Assembly: GCA_965214095.1 (NCBI GenBank)
Contig: OZ243938.1
Location: forward strand, 2,048,001 to 2,112,000
Reading direction: 5' to 3'
DNA length: 64,000 nucleotides
Origin: Candidatus Poribacteria bacterium
Lineage (GTDB): Bacteria > Poribacteria > WGA-4E > WGA-3G
Part shown: positions 28,271-39,270 of the stretch, piece by piece
Layout of the letters: the number at the start of each line of letters is the position of its first letter
Numbering within the stretch: the first letter of the stretch is position 1
Notes under the pieces: generated by a model
The model's database searches: none
What the model was told of the DNA's origin: nothing
What the model saw: only the letters and a program-made list of their open reading frames with translations
Made by a program: the position numbers and the translations under genes

Positions 28271-30820
28271 CTAAGGTGTCTCAGAAAGTATAGAAACTGT
28301 CCCCTTGTTTCCATCGACCTCAATCATCTGTCCATCAACGATATTATCGGTGGCGTTTGGTATGTTAGCAACTGCTGGCACACCATATTCTCTTGCCACT
28401 ACCGCTCCATGAGAAAGCAACCCACCGCGTTCCATTACTAATCCTGCAGCATGCAGGAACAAAGGTGTCCATGCGGGATCTGTAGATGGACATACAAGAA
28501 TGTAATCGCGTTCATCAGGTCGCATATCGGTAGGGTTCAAAAGCACCCGTGCGTTTCCCTTTGCAACTCCTGCCGAAACACTCACGCCTATATAAGTATC
28601 CGCTACTTCAGTTGACTGCGATGTGCCGATATCATCCAATGAATCGCTAAAAATCACATCCGGCAGAGAAATCTGTAGCAAAAGTTCACGTTGTGCCTTA
28701 CGTTCAGCAATAACATCACCGAAACCTTCACCATTAATTAGTTGAGACAGTTCATCTGGCACAAGATAGAAAATTCCATCGTTTAGTTGATAACGTCTAT
28801 CCAATTCCACCAAAGCACGTCGTATCTGTTCATATCCGAGCATAAGGTGAAATTTCGCTGTTTCACGAAAAGGCATATACCGCCTTGTAAAATCCAACTC
28901 ACTCTCTACCTGCTTCCGTAATCCTACCTTTTTATTTAATATCTCATTGAGTTCTTTTTCTGCTGTATCCCGTTGCTCAATTTGTCGTGTGTGATATTGA
29001 CTATTATCTTCGTTGTCCACATCCGTTTGTTGAGAAAGAGATGTAATTATCTGTTCTATGTATTCTGTATCTTCTCGCCACCGTGGTTGTGCCAATTCAA
29101 ACTCATTCACCGCACGGTGTCCATAGTCCTTCAGAAAATCAGAAAGCGATATATCACCAGTTCCTACCTCTCGTAATCTCTCATTGGTTTCAACTGTGAG
29201 ATTACCGGAACCACCGCTAATCAGTCTACTTGCAAGGTTCTTTGCTGCTGTTTCATCAACACATTTTAGTAGGGCTGCTTCCAACCGTTGAAGTGAAAAA
29301 GCAGCAAGGACAGTGGCAATAAGTGCCTTCGGAGCAAAATCATCCAATGTTTTCTCACACCATCCTTCAAACTTTGTGACCAATTCTTCATCTGAAAGTT
29401 TAGTATAATCCAGTTTTTGTTCTATCTGGACATCTACTTGAAACTGTGGAAAGACCTCTGTTGTCAACTCCTGATCAAAATCTGAGCGAAACTTTCTCAA
29501 ACGTAATTCTGCATTTGTCATACGTATGATGTAGAGAGGAAGTTTGAACCAGAATGCGGGAGTGCTATACTTAATATTCAATGCTGCTTGTGCATACATC
29601 GCTGTTTGTGGGTGCTCCTTCAGAGCTGCAAAATCATGCACCAACGGACAGCCCTCAAAGAAAAGTTCTGACTCACGGTTCAGGTTAACATAGATTCTGC
29701 CGCAAATCAGGTCCAGTATACCCAATCTGTCTACCTGTTTACTTGGAAAAAACCCTAAATCACGGTATGCTTTGCCTAAGCCACCGATCCCCGACATGAA
29801 ACGATTCATTATTTCCCATGTCATCGGCAACGGAGTAGGTAATACCTCAGCAAGATTATGATGACTCCAGACTGTTCCGTGAGGATCAATGAGTGTTTTC
29901 AGTGCCTGAATCTCAGACTCCTGGAGTTTTGCGATTTCTTCCTCACTGTTTTCTTCTGAAATCTGTTGCTGTGGATGTGTTGTGATTGACCTTGCTTGTA
30001 ATAAAACAAACTTTCCATCCGAAAGTGCCCACTCTATATCCATCGGCTGTCCATAGAGCCGTTCAACTTTAAGACCGAGTTGTGTCAATTCTTCTAACTG
30101 TAAATCGTTTAGACTTGGCATATCCTGCTGCTCAGTTGATACTTCACTCACACCAGATGACGTTATCATCTCATGTTTTGTTGCGACAGTTCTCTGCAAT
30201 ACCTCACCAGTTTCCCGTGAGATTAGGAAACTGTCCGGTGTGATGTCTCCTGATACAACCGATTCCCCTAATCCCCAATTCGACTCAACAATACTGGCGT
30301 TTTCATTGAAGGGACTGACAGTGAAAAGCACACCGGAAACATCCGCCTGACACATCTCTTGGATAACAACCGCCATCGCCAAACCCTCATCGGAAATACC
30401 TTGTGTGCGACGGTAAGCAATTGCACGTTCTGACCAAAGCGATGCCCAACACCCCTTTACAGCCTCTAATAGTCCGTCTGTTTGGACATTCAAAAAGGTA
30501 TCTTGTTGTCCAGCAAAACTTGCCGTTTCCAAATCCTCAGCAGTCGCACTGGAACGTACTGCAACAGTATCAGTTAACAGTTCTTCACGCGCTTGCTGAA
30601 TGGATTCAATCACATCTGTTTCTAACGTTATTGCTTTTACACTACTAACATTCTGTTTAGATAAGTTCTCAACAGAACTACGGTAAGCATCTGTCGTGAT
30701 GCAGAAACCTGATGGAACTTGGAAGCCAGCCTTCGTCAATTTCCCAAGATTTAGACCTTTACCACCGACAAGCAGCAAGTCATCTTCGTCAATCTCTGAG
30801 AATCGTTTGATAAATTGCAT
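28271..30820 (-). CDS. PEP-synthase/rifampin-phosphotransferase-like dikinase
   Basis: VGGKG.NL, AVRSSA..ED...SFAGQ, DIEWA, C-terminal SHGAVVARE phospho-His domain. Confidence 0.85.
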   Translation of the reverse strand: MQFIKRFSEIDEDDLLLVGGKGLNLGKLTKAGFQVPSGFCITTDAYRSSVENLSKQNVSSVKAITLETDVIESIQQAREELLTDTVAVRSSATAEDLETASFAGQQDTFLNVQTDGLLEAVKGCWASLWSERAIAYRRTQGISDEGLAMAVVIQEMCQADVSGVLFTVSPFNENASIVESNWGLGESVVSGDITPDSFLISRETGEVLQRTVATKHEMITSSGVSEVSTEQQDMPSLNDLQLEELTQLGLKVERLYGQPMDIEWALSDGKFVLLQARSITTHPQQQISEENSEEEIAKLQESEIQALKTLIDPHGTVWSHHNLAEVLPTPLPMTWEIMNRFMSGIGGLGKAYRDLGFFPSKQVDRLGILDLICGRIYVNLNRESELFFEGCPLVHDFAALKEHPQTAMYAQAALNIKYSTPAFWFKLPLYIIRMTNAELRLRKFRSDFDQELTTEVFPQFQVDVQIEQKLDYTKLSDEELVTKFEGWCEKTLDDFAPKALIATVLAAFSLQRLEAALLKCVDETAAKNLASRLISGGSGNLTVETNERLREVGTGDISLSDFLKDYGHRAVNEFELAQPRWREDTEYIEQIITSLSQQTDVDNEDNSQYHTRQIEQRDTAEKELNEILNKKVGLRKQVESELDFTRRYMPFRETAKFHLMLGYEQIRRALVELDRRYQLNDGIFYLVPDELSQLINGEGFGDVIAERKAQRELLLQISLPDVIFSDSLDDIGTSQSTEVADTYIGVSVSAGVAKGNARVLLNPTDMRPDERDYILVCPSTDPAWTPLFLHAAGLVMERGGLLSHGAVVAREYGVPAVANIPNATDNIVDGQMIEVDGNKGTVSILSETP

Positions 30821-30992
30821 ATTCTTAGAATACCTACTGAAGATGGAGATAAGTTGCATTAGTATAGCAGCGTCATTGTGATGGACGCAAGTGGGATTTG
30901 AAGGTTCATAATCATCCAAATTTGCAATACCCTTTCAGATATGTTAAAATATATGGAGTCCATTAGTCTGACACAATCTTTGGAGGGAATAT

Positions 30993-32045
30993 ATGTATAA
31001 AATAGGTCTTATCCCAGGAGACGGAATTGGCCCCGAAGTGACACGCGAAGCAATGAAAGTCTTCGGGGCGGCTGCACAACAAGAAGGCATACAATACGAA
31101 ACAGTTGAATACGATGTCGGTGGAGAAAGATATCTGGCGACAGGAGAAGTCCTACCTAATTCCGTACTTGAAGAACTACGTGAACTTGATGCAATTTATC
31201 TTGGAGCCATCGGACATCCCGATGTTAAACCGGGGATTTTGGAAGAAGGTATATTACTAAAAGTTCGATTTGAACTTGATCTCTACATCAATCTACGTCC
31301 TGTTAAACTCTATCCAGGCGTTCCAACACCTTTGAAGGACAAAGGACCAGAAGATATTGATTTCATCATCGTCCGTGAAAATACAGAAGGACTTTACGCA
31401 GGAATCGGTGGGTTTTTGAAGCGCGGCACTAAAGATGAAGTCGTAATGCAAGAGATGATCAACACATATAAAGGTGTTGAGCGATGTGTCCGCTATGCGT
31501 ATGAACTCACGCAAAAAAGGAACAAGACGAATACACTAACTCTCTGTGATAAAGCGAACGTCCTAACTTATGCTCATGATCTGTGGAGACGAGTCTTTGA
31601 CGAAGTCGGAGAAGATTACCCAGATATTAAAAAAGAATACGCTTTCGTTGATGCAACGACAATGTGGATGGTCAAAAATCCTGAATGGTTTGATGTGATT
31701 GTCACTTGTAACATGTTTGGTGACATCATCACGGACCTTGGCGCAATGATACAAGGCGGTATGGGGGTTGCAGCTTCCGGTAATCTAAACCCTGAGAGCG
31801 TTGCGATGTTTGAACCGATCCACGGTTCTGCCCCACGTTACACCGGCAAGAACCAGATTAACCCTATTGCAGCCATAGGTGCAGCTGGAATGATGCTTGA
31901 CCATCTTGGTCACGCGGACGCAGCAAATAGAGTCGAAAAATCTATCTCAGACTTACTCGCAAGTGGAAAAATAAAAGACCTCGGAGCTGGCAGAATGGGT
32001 TACACCACAGAAGAAGTCGGAGACCTAATTGCTGAAACTCTGTAA
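30993..32045 (+). CDS. leuB: 3-isopropylmalate dehydrogenase
   Basis: [36 protein letters not shown]. Confidence 0.88.
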   Translation: MYKIGLIPGDGIGPEVTREAMKVFGAAAQQEGIQYETVEYDVGGERYLATGEVLPNSVLEELRELDAIYLGAIGHPDVKPGILEEGILLKVRFELDLYINLRPVKLYPGVPTPLKDKGPEDIDFIIVRENTEGLYAGIGGFLKRGTKDEVVMQEMINTYKGVERCVRYAYELTQKRNKTNTLTLCDKANVLTYAHDLWRRVFDEVGEDYPDIKKEYAFVDATTMWMVKNPEWFDVIVTCNMFGDIITDLGAMIQGGMGVAASGNLNPESVAMFEPIHGSAPRYTGKNQINPIAAIGAAGMMLDHLGHADAANRVEKSISDLLASGKIKDLGAGRMGYTTEEVGDLIAETL

Positions 32046-32062
32046 CCGGTTAAACATTCTTC

Positions 32063-32815
32063 TTATACTAATTGTGCTGTAAAGTTTATACGATCCGAAG
32101 AACGAGTCCATCGATTAAAAGTATACATATCATAGGTACTCAACGATTTATAGCCTGCTGCTTTTAATAAATCATTCACCGTTCCTACTTCATAGATGCG
32201 TTGATGGTGTACCTCTTCATAACGTCGAAACAACTCACCTTCCCGTATAAAAAAGGTTAAGAATGTGCGGCACATTTTCGTGTGATGTATGTAATTATTC
32301 TTCCATATAAAAGAGAAATCCTGATGGTTCTCGGAAAATGTTCTGTTATGAAAATGCTCAACGATATTCTTCTCGGTAGTAACATCAAAGATAAACAGTC
32401 CCTCAGGTGTGAGATGCTCTGATACCCTTTTGAACGTATCTTGCATTTCTTTTTCATTAGAGGCATAATTTATGCTGTCATAGGTGCATAGAATTGCATC
32501 AAATTGCTGATCTAACTGAAAATTGAGCATGTTTCCTTGATGGAATGATATATTCAAATCCAGGTTTTCAGCTTTTTCCCGTGCAACTTTCAGCATGCCT
32601 TTTGCCCTATCAATGCCAGTCATTGAATATCCTCTTGACGCTAACAGGGAGGTTAATGTGCCTGTTCCACATGCGATATCAAGTATTGTTTTAGGCTCAC
32701 AACCGTATTTACCGAACAGTGATTGAATGTAATCTGCCCATCTTATATAGTTGACATTTTTCATCATTCGGTCATAGGCATAAGCAAATTTTTCATAAGG
32801 TGGTGTTAATAGCAT
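32063..32815 (-). CDS. Class I SAM-dependent methyltransferase
   Basis: LDIACGTG, DSINY, GLFIFD. Confidence 0.9.
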   Translation of the reverse strand: MLLTPPYEKFAYAYDRMMKNVNYIRWADYIQSLFGKYGCEPKTILDIACGTGTLTSLLASRGYSMTGIDRAKGMLKVAREKAENLDLNISFHQGNMLNFQLDQQFDAILCTYDSINYASNEKEMQDTFKRVSEHLTPEGLFIFDVTTEKNIVEHFHNRTFSENHQDFSFIWKNNYIHHTKMCRTFLTFFIREGELFRRYEEVHHQRIYEVGTVNDLLKAAGYKSLSTYDMYTFNRWTRSSDRINFTAQLV

Positions 32816-32824
32816 TTGTTTTAC

Positions 32825-33217
32825 TTACTCAGTTTCTCGTTTATACCCTATAGAAGCGTTCAAATACCTCAATAGAATATGTATTTCTTCTGCATCCCAA
32901 GTTCCATCATTGCTTGTTGCAGCAATGGCATAATCACCAGCTAATTTGATTTTACGTATATTTATTTTTCCTGTGATAAAACTGAATGGGAGTTGTTGTA
33001 CTCTTCTTTTGACTCTTTCAAATGTTTGAATTAATCTGTCTCTGTCTACGTCTTCTGGTGCCTGACTTATCATTGCTTCTTTTAACATCTCTGTTGCTAT
33101 ATTAATAAGATATAGTATAACAAACCATTGCAATATGGATAAACAAACAAAAAATATTAATATTATTAATAATATTTTTGGTAGATGACGTTTCAAATTT
33201 GGAATATTAATTTTCAT
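32825..33217 (-). CDS. Hypothetical membrane-anchored protein
   Basis: ORF with N-terminal TM, tightly spaced to the next gene. Confidence 0.6.
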   Translation of the reverse strand: MKINIPNLKRHLPKILLIILIFFVCLSILQWFVILYLINIATEMLKEAMISQAPEDVDRDRLIQTFERVKRRVQQLPFSFITGKINIRKIKLAGDYAIAATSNDGTWDAEEIHILLRYLNASIGYKRETE

Positions 33218-33362
33218 TTGCTTTACTCTTGAAAGTGTTTAGCGTTATCTATTAACTCTATTCTGTTCTCCCCTATATTCGTATATGTTATCATGTTGTT
33301 TAGATGTTGTCAAACATTAACTAATAATCCTAACCACACCAAACAAAGAACTGACCATCATT

Positions 33363-34475
33363 ATGAAAATTGGTATCGTCGGACGACCCCATGTCGGAAA
33401 AACCACAGTATTCAATGCATTGGCTCAATCCAATGTTGAAATAGGAGACTACACGAGCAAACAACAGGTAAACCTAAGCACAATTACTGTGCCAGATGAC
33501 AGGTTAGAGAAGTTGTTACCTATCTTTCAAGCAAAAACTATTGTCCCTGCGACTATTGACTATGTGGACGGTGGTGGAACGTCACGGTCAGCATTCAATT
33601 CTAATGTAGATGTTGCAGACAGTCCAGAGATAGATGCCAGTGTGCTTGCCGAACTCCGTACTGTGGATGCACTTGCCCATGTTGTCAGACTATTTGAAGA
33701 TGAGACAGTCCCACACGTTGATGGTGATATAGATGGAAAAAGAGACATTGATGCAGTCAATTTAGAATTAGTTTTTGCGGATTTACAGATAATTGAGGGA
33801 CGACTCTCAAGGCTTGAAAAACTTCTGAAGAATCAGAAGACACCAGAATATCAGAATGAATTCAGGGTATTGGAAACCTTTAAACAGACGCTTGACGATG
33901 GCATTCCCTTACGTTCATTAACAATCGCAGAAAACGATGAGAAATTGATCCGTGGATACGGTTTCTTAACACAGAAACCCCTTCTTATTATATGCAATAT
34001 TAGTGAAACGCAGCTACAAGAGGCAGACCAACTTGCTGAACGTTTCGCAGAATATGAAGAACAAGCACAGACGACAGTCATAGTCCTCGCGGCAAAGCTA
34101 GAAATGGAAATCGCACAGCTGGATGCTGAAGATGCAGAGATATTCATGGTAGAAATGGGATTGAATCAATCCGCTTTAGACAGATTTATTAAGACATCAT
34201 ACAATCTTATGGGATTGATTACTTTTTTCACGGGTGGTCCAAAAGAGGCGCGCGCGTGGACACTACGGCAGGGACAGACTGCGGTTGAAGCAGCAGGCTT
34301 GATCCATACTGACTTTGAACGCGGATTTGTTCGAGCTGAATGTATCAATTGGAATGATCTGGTCAATTGTGGCAGCTACACACAAGCCAGAAGCAAGGGG
34401 TTGTTGAAAGTAGAAGGGAAAACGTATCAAGTTAAAGAAGGTGATGTCCTCAATATATTGGCAAATCCAACATAG
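33363..34475 (+). CDS. ychF: Obg-like ATPase YchF
   Basis: KIGIVG.P.VGKTT, TFFT.G..E.RAW, IHTDFERGF.RAE, EGK.Y.V..GD. Confidence 0.93.
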   Translation: MKIGIVGRPHVGKTTVFNALAQSNVEIGDYTSKQQVNLSTITVPDDRLEKLLPIFQAKTIVPATIDYVDGGGTSRSAFNSNVDVADSPEIDASVLAELRTVDALAHVVRLFEDETVPHVDGDIDGKRDIDAVNLELVFADLQIIEGRLSRLEKLLKNQKTPEYQNEFRVLETFKQTLDDGIPLRSLTIAENDEKLIRGYGFLTQKPLLIICNISETQLQEADQLAERFAEYEEQAQTTVIVLAAKLEMEIAQLDAEDAEIFMVEMGLNQSALDRFIKTSYNLMGLITFFTGGPKEARAWTLRQGQTAVEAAGLIHTDFERGFVRAECINWNDLVNCGSYTQARSKGLLKVEGKTYQVKEGDVLNILANPT

Positions 34476-34507
34476 TTATTTAGATAATTCAACAAAAAAT
34501 ACCAAAA

Positions 34508-35170
34508 CTAAACATCTGGATTGTCCATCTGGTCCCTTAACTTTACTAAAGCATCAATCATCCGCACTCCCATCTTTTGATACATCTCCCGTTTAACATC
34601 CGTTTCAACTATTCCTGAGAAGTCTATAGGTTCTCCAAATGCTAAATCCAGTTTTGCACGTCTGAGACGCATGCTGCCACGCGGTAAAAACTTCTCAGCA
34701 CCTCGGTGGTAGACAGGTATAGTTGGAACATTTGCATGGTGTGCTATAAAACACGATCCATCGTGAGCTTTACCTAACTCACCATCCCAACTGCGCGTTC
34801 CTTCAGGAAAAATAAGAACTGCATTTCCAGCTTTCAGAAGAGAGATAGTTTTTCGCAATGCCCCTAAGTCAGGTCTACCTCTATTGACAGGAAAAGCATT
34901 ATATGTTCTGATTAACTTACTTAATCCCGGCACACCGAAGAGATCACTTCGTGCCATGTAGTGTATCTCTCGATTCGCTACAGAACCTATGAAGAGTGGA
35001 TCTAACAGACTGACATGATTGGCAACGATCAATGCCCCTCCTTCTCTTGGAATATTGTGTACACCACTTGCCTCAATATCCCCCATTACTTTACAAAAGA
35101 GATATGTCAATCTATGTGACCAACGGTATAATCGATTCGGTGACCAGAATTGGTTGTTTGTATACCACAT
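34508..35170 (-). CDS. plsC: 1-acyl-sn-glycerol-3-phosphate acyltransferase
   Basis: NHVSLLD, FPEGTRS; follows cmk. Confidence 0.85.
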   Translation of the reverse strand: MWYTNNQFWSPNRLYRWSHRLTYLFCKVMGDIEASGVHNIPREGGALIVANHVSLLDPLFIGSVANREIHYMARSDLFGVPGLSKLIRTYNAFPVNRGRPDLGALRKTISLLKAGNAVLIFPEGTRSWDGELGKAHDGSCFIAHHANVPTIPVYHRGAEKFLPRGSMRLRRAKLDLAFGEPIDFSGIVETDVKREMYQKMGVRMIDALVKLRDQMDNPDV

Positions 35171-35192
35171 AAGCGTTTATTTTAGTTTTTTC

Positions 35193-35861
35193 TTACTTCT
35201 CCTCAATATGTGTTACTATCATCTCAATGACTTCCTCAACGGTTTTCCTTGTTGTATCCACACGAATTGCGTCTTTTGCAACTTGTAAGGGACTGTGTTC
35301 GCGTGAGGTATCCTTTTCATCACGAGCATTTATTTCTGCTTCAACAGCTTCTATTGTAGTTTTCACATTTTGTTCCTGAAGGTCAGCAAATCTTCGCTTT
35401 GCCCGTTCTTGGATAGATGCGTCAAGATAGAACTTATAATCTGCATTCGGGAAGACAATTGTCGTTAAATCCCTTCCCTCTGCAATGATATTTCCATCCT
35501 CACCAATTCTCTGTTGATGCTTAACAATCTCGTGCCGAATACTGGGTATTTTGGCAATATCTGCAACTAATTTGTTAACATCGGGAGTCCGTATCTCTTC
35601 CGATACATCTATAGAATTTAGAAAAATCCTTTTTCCATTGTCAGTAAATTCTATATTGCACTGTTTCACGAGTTCAATCAATTCCGACACATTTTCTTCA
35701 GCACCGTTCTCTATCGCAAGCAGTGTAACGGCTCTGTACATCGCACCGGAATCAAGATATAGTAGCCCCAGTTTTTCAGCAACACACCGAGCCACAGTGC
35801 TTTTCCCGGAACCCGCTGGTCCATCTATTGCGATCGTTACACAAGGTACAACTTTACTCAT
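35193..35861 (-). CDS. cmk: Cytidylate kinase
   Basis: IAIDGPAGSGKST, LDSGAMYR, EGRD. Confidence 0.96.
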   Translation of the reverse strand: MSKVVPCVTIAIDGPAGSGKSTVARCVAEKLGLLYLDSGAMYRAVTLLAIENGAEENVSELIELVKQCNIEFTDNGKRIFLNSIDVSEEIRTPDVNKLVADIAKIPSIRHEIVKHQQRIGEDGNIIAEGRDLTTIVFPNADYKFYLDASIQERAKRRFADLQEQNVKTTIEAVEAEINARDEKDTSREHSPLQVAKDAIRVDTTRKTVEEVIEMIVTHIEEK

Positions 35862-35877
35862 CTGAATCCTGTTTTTC

Positions 35878-36795
35878 TCACTGTTTTATAACTATTTTTT
35901 GTGCTGCTTCCAAAATTCGTTCAATCTGTATCTCATCATTTTTCTGAAGTGTATCTCTGAATTCTTGTAAGTTATCAACAATAATGTCTATGAGTGCCAG
36001 GAGAACATCTTTATTTTGCAAGAAAATGCCAGTCCACAATTCAGGTGAACCGGCGGCAATTCGGGTGGAATCCCGAAATCCTGTTGCAGTGAAATCTATT
36101 GCGGTATTCCCTTGTGCATCAACATCTGCAACCGTATTAGCGAGTATACTTGCCATTAAATGTGGGAGATGACTTGCAGCACCGACGAGTAAATCGTGAA
36201 CTTCAGGGGAACAGACATGAGGTACTGCACCAACAAATTCCCATAAATTCTCAACTAATTGTAATGCTTCCTTATCAGTGTTTTCAGTGGGTGTTAACAG
36301 ACAATTTGCGTTATTAAATAGATCAGAATTTGCAGCATCAACCCCAGTTTCATGTGAACCTGCCATCGGATGTGCACCAACAAAAGCAACCGAATCAGAT
36401 TTCGTTGCTTTCAGTTGTTCTTCAACGGTTCTGACAATGACTGACTTCGTACTACCGACATCTGTTATCACGATCCGTTTCTGCTGTGGAACAAGAGTTT
36501 CAAGGATCTGTTTTGTGAATATCGAAACAAGTGTCACAGGTGTGCATAACACTACCAGATCACTTTCTTGTATCCCCTCAGACAAGTCTGTAGTTATGAC
36601 ATCAACCGCATTGAGTTTGCGTGCCTTCTGAAGTCTACTGATATTTCGTCCTAAACCGATACGTTCTCCTTGAAATCCGTTTTCCTTTAGTGCCAATCCC
36701 AGAGAACCGCCTATCAGACCGACACCCCATATAGTAATCTGACGTAATTCCTGGATTTGTTGTATAATAAAGGCAGGTTTCTGATCTGTAAACAT
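35878..36795 (-). CDS. tyrA: Prephenate/arogenate dehydrogenase
   Basis: GLIGGS, TDVGSTK, HPMAG, SHLPH, GFRDSTRIA. Confidence 0.92.
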   Translation of the reverse strand: MFTDQKPAFIIQQIQELRQITIWGVGLIGGSLGLALKENGFQGERIGLGRNISRLQKARKLNAVDVITTDLSEGIQESDLVVLCTPVTLVSIFTKQILETLVPQQKRIVITDVGSTKSVIVRTVEEQLKATKSDSVAFVGAHPMAGSHETGVDAANSDLFNNANCLLTPTENTDKEALQLVENLWEFVGAVPHVCSPEVHDLLVGAASHLPHLMASILANTVADVDAQGNTAIDFTATGFRDSTRIAAGSPELWTGIFLQNKDVLLALIDIIVDNLQEFRDTLQKNDEIQIERILEAAQKIVIKQ

Positions 36796-36827
36796 TCAGA
36801 CGAATTCCAATAAATAGTATTCATCAT

Positions 36828-36910
36828 ATTTTAGATAATATTGTTCCTGATGTCAAGTCAAAATTCCGAGTGATAAAAATGTTGACATCTGATGGCATAT
36901 TCTATACAAT
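36828..36910. promoter_or_regulatory. Back-to-back sigma70-like promoters
   Basis: Minus TTGACA-17-TAAAAT (36856-36828); plus TTGACA-17-TACAAT (36882-36910). Confidence 0.7.
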
Positions 36911-37156
36911 TCCACTCAGGAATGGAGTGTTTTGTAGAATAATACTATTTCTATGAATGTTTATCCCATTAATATTTGTTAAGAATGTCTTGAAGGAGTA
37001 CACAAACTGGCAGTTTGTGCTACAAAAATGCGAAGTTTTCTATTAGAAATGGTATAACATACGGAAGAAACACGCATACGAGTATTATGAGTTTTTTATT
37101 ATTAAACCTTTCAAATCAATCTATAGTCTAAACAGGGATTTCCTAAGGAGGTATAC

Positions 37157-38323
37157 ATGGCAGAACGAATTAAAATGGGTTTAATCGGATGTGGTGGCAT
37201 GTCCGGTGCCCACATGAACGCCTACCGAGAGTTGTGGTCAAAAGAGGTACGAGTTTTTGATATTGTCGCTGCGTGTGATATAGACGAGGGTAGAGCCGAA
37301 CAACGGGCAAGTCAGGCACACGAATTTCAAGGTGGGACGAAGCCTGCTGTCTATACTGACCTTGACAAGATGCTTGCTAAACACCCCGATTTAGAATGTG
37401 TTGATATCTGTGCGCTGCACAGTGCACATCATGTGGTTGCTGTGCCAGCATTGGAAGCAGGCAAACATGTTATCATAGAAAAACCTTTTGGCATTACGAT
37501 GCGTGCGTGTAAACTGATGATGGACGCTGCAGAGAAAAATGATAAAATTATTTCTGTTGCAGAAAACTATCGGTTGGCTCGTATCCAACGTACTCGAAGT
37601 TGGGCAATTGCCCAAGGACGTATCGGTGATCCGCGCATGTTCTTCTGGGTAGAAGTTGGCGAGGCATTAGGTAAATGGGGTTGGCGTAACTTCAAGATGG
37701 ATGCAGGCGGTGGTTGGGCATTAGATGGTGGTGTGCATTTCACCGATCTTATGCGATATATTCTCGGTCTGGAGGCAGTGGAAGTTTATGCTGTCAACAA
37801 AGCTTACGAACCTTTCCGTTATGATAATGCCGGTGCACGTGAAGGTGGTTATTCAGTTGATGTTGAAGACTGTATGATTGCTACAATCAAGTTTGAACAG
37901 GATGTAACTGCACAGTGGACATGGGTCGGTTCCGCTCCTGCACACGGCTTTGGTCAACACACAATCTATGGCAGCGAAGGTGCACTCGATTGGGGTAGAG
38001 GATTAGTGCCACGCGGCGGTGAACCAATCTCCAATGACGATTTGATGAAGGAATTCACTGATAGTCTTGATGATGAACAGCAGGAATACTATTTCCCATC
38101 AGGCATCGGTGACACAGTCGCTATTGAGTTGAAGTATTTTGCTGATGCAATTCGCAACGGTGGTAAACCCGAAGTCGACGCGGTTGAAGGACAGAGATCT
38201 CAAGCTATCTGCATGGCTGCCTATGAATCTGGATATTGGGGTCGACCTGTAACTATCGCAGAAATTGAGAACTGTGAATTGGAAGGGTATCAGAAGGAAA
38301 TAAACGACCACTTGGGTATATAA
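37157..38323 (+). CDS. Gfo/Idh/MocA oxidoreductase
   Basis: GCGGM, GKHVIIEKP, AENYR, DGGVH..D; AAGGAGG RBS. Confidence 0.92.
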   Translation: MAERIKMGLIGCGGMSGAHMNAYRELWSKEVRVFDIVAACDIDEGRAEQRASQAHEFQGGTKPAVYTDLDKMLAKHPDLECVDICALHSAHHVVAVPALEAGKHVIIEKPFGITMRACKLMMDAAEKNDKIISVAENYRLARIQRTRSWAIAQGRIGDPRMFFWVEVGEALGKWGWRNFKMDAGGGWALDGGVHFTDLMRYILGLEAVEVYAVNKAYEPFRYDNAGAREGGYSVDVEDCMIATIKFEQDVTAQWTWVGSAPAHGFGQHTIYGSEGALDWGRGLVPRGGEPISNDDLMKEFTDSLDDEQQEYYFPSGIGDTVAIELKYFADAIRNGGKPEVDAVEGQRSQAICMAAYESGYWGRPVTIAEIENCELEGYQKEINDHLGI

Positions 38324-38399
38324 TAACCCATTGTATATTTCGTTTTATTCTTTCTGTAAGGCATTCGTGTTATGCCGTTCCAATATTAGGATGTAGTAG

Positions 38400-38452
38400 A
38401 TTGCCAAATCAACTATGAATGTATATTCAACGTTGATTTGGCATTTTTGAGC
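38400..38452. terminator. Stem-loop downstream of the oxidoreductase
   Basis: TGCCAAATCAAC...GTTGATTTGGCA followed by a T-run. Confidence 0.45.
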
Positions 38453-38550
38453 GTGCAGGTATGATGAAGTGAATAAAAAACATCTAACTTTTTCTAAACA
38501 TACAACCTAAAAATATAAAATCTGTCCAAGTCAATAAATGGGGCAATTGC

Positions 38551-39252
38551 GTGATAAAAATCGGACAACAATATTATTTTTTCGGATTTACCATAACATT
38601 TCTTTTGTTGTTGTCATTTAATACTGTAATGGCATTTGGACTTGAAGACAAGAACCTAATTTATGAACAGCAGTCTAATATACGTCGTCCGACAAATAAA
38701 CTCGGTCAACGTAGAGGTTTCATTTTTGGTCTTGGTGCTGGTGTTGGCAATGTGAACTTTGCAGAACCACTTGCGGAGTATTGGGGTAGCACTTATGAAG
38801 GAGATTGGCCAGACCCGCGTGGAACTGCCTCTGCATTTGCTACTGAGATTAAAATTGGACATGGGTTTTCAAATCACTTTCTTCTTTACTACACCAGTCG
38901 CATCACTTGGATGCCATTATCCAATCTTTATCGAGATACGATGATTGCTAATGGAACAGCAGGGGTTGGCATGATGCTCTATCCTCTGAGTAGTACGGAT
39001 TTTTATCTTATAGGTTCTGCAGGACTTGCAGCACTTGTTACCTGGGAACCACCTTTCAGATTGGAGCGTGCGAGACAAACAGGACTCGCAGTTTCTGGAG
39101 GAATCGGATTTGAACTTGTCCGTCATTTGAACATAGATTTTACCGTAAACTATGGAAATGCACATTCCACACAGGTTGATGATGTAAGTGAAATAACACT
39201 TACCGATGAGATAGTTTCCTTTTTAGTAACTGCACATCTCCTATTCTATTAG
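38551..39252 (+). CDS. Putative outer-membrane beta-barrel protein
   Basis: Signal peptide, Gly-rich amphipathic strands, terminal aromatic residue. Confidence 0.65.
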   Translation: MIKIGQQYYFFGFTITFLLLLSFNTVMAFGLEDKNLIYEQQSNIRRPTNKLGQRRGFIFGLGAGVGNVNFAEPLAEYWGSTYEGDWPDPRGTASAFATEIKIGHGFSNHFLLYYTSRITWMPLSNLYRDTMIANGTAGVGMMLYPLSSTDFYLIGSAGLAALVTWEPPFRLERARQTGLAVSGGIGFELVRHLNIDFTVNYGNAHSTQVDDVSEITLTDEIVSFLVTAHLLFY

Positions 39253-39270
39253 TATGATGCTGAGGTAGTA

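Noticed and set aside
30821-30919. N-terminal extension of the dikinase
   Set aside because: The conserved domain begins just after the ATG at 30820
36911-37156. Riboswitch in the long leader
   Set aside because: No recognisable aptamer; the region holds a REP hairpin and a MITE-like arm
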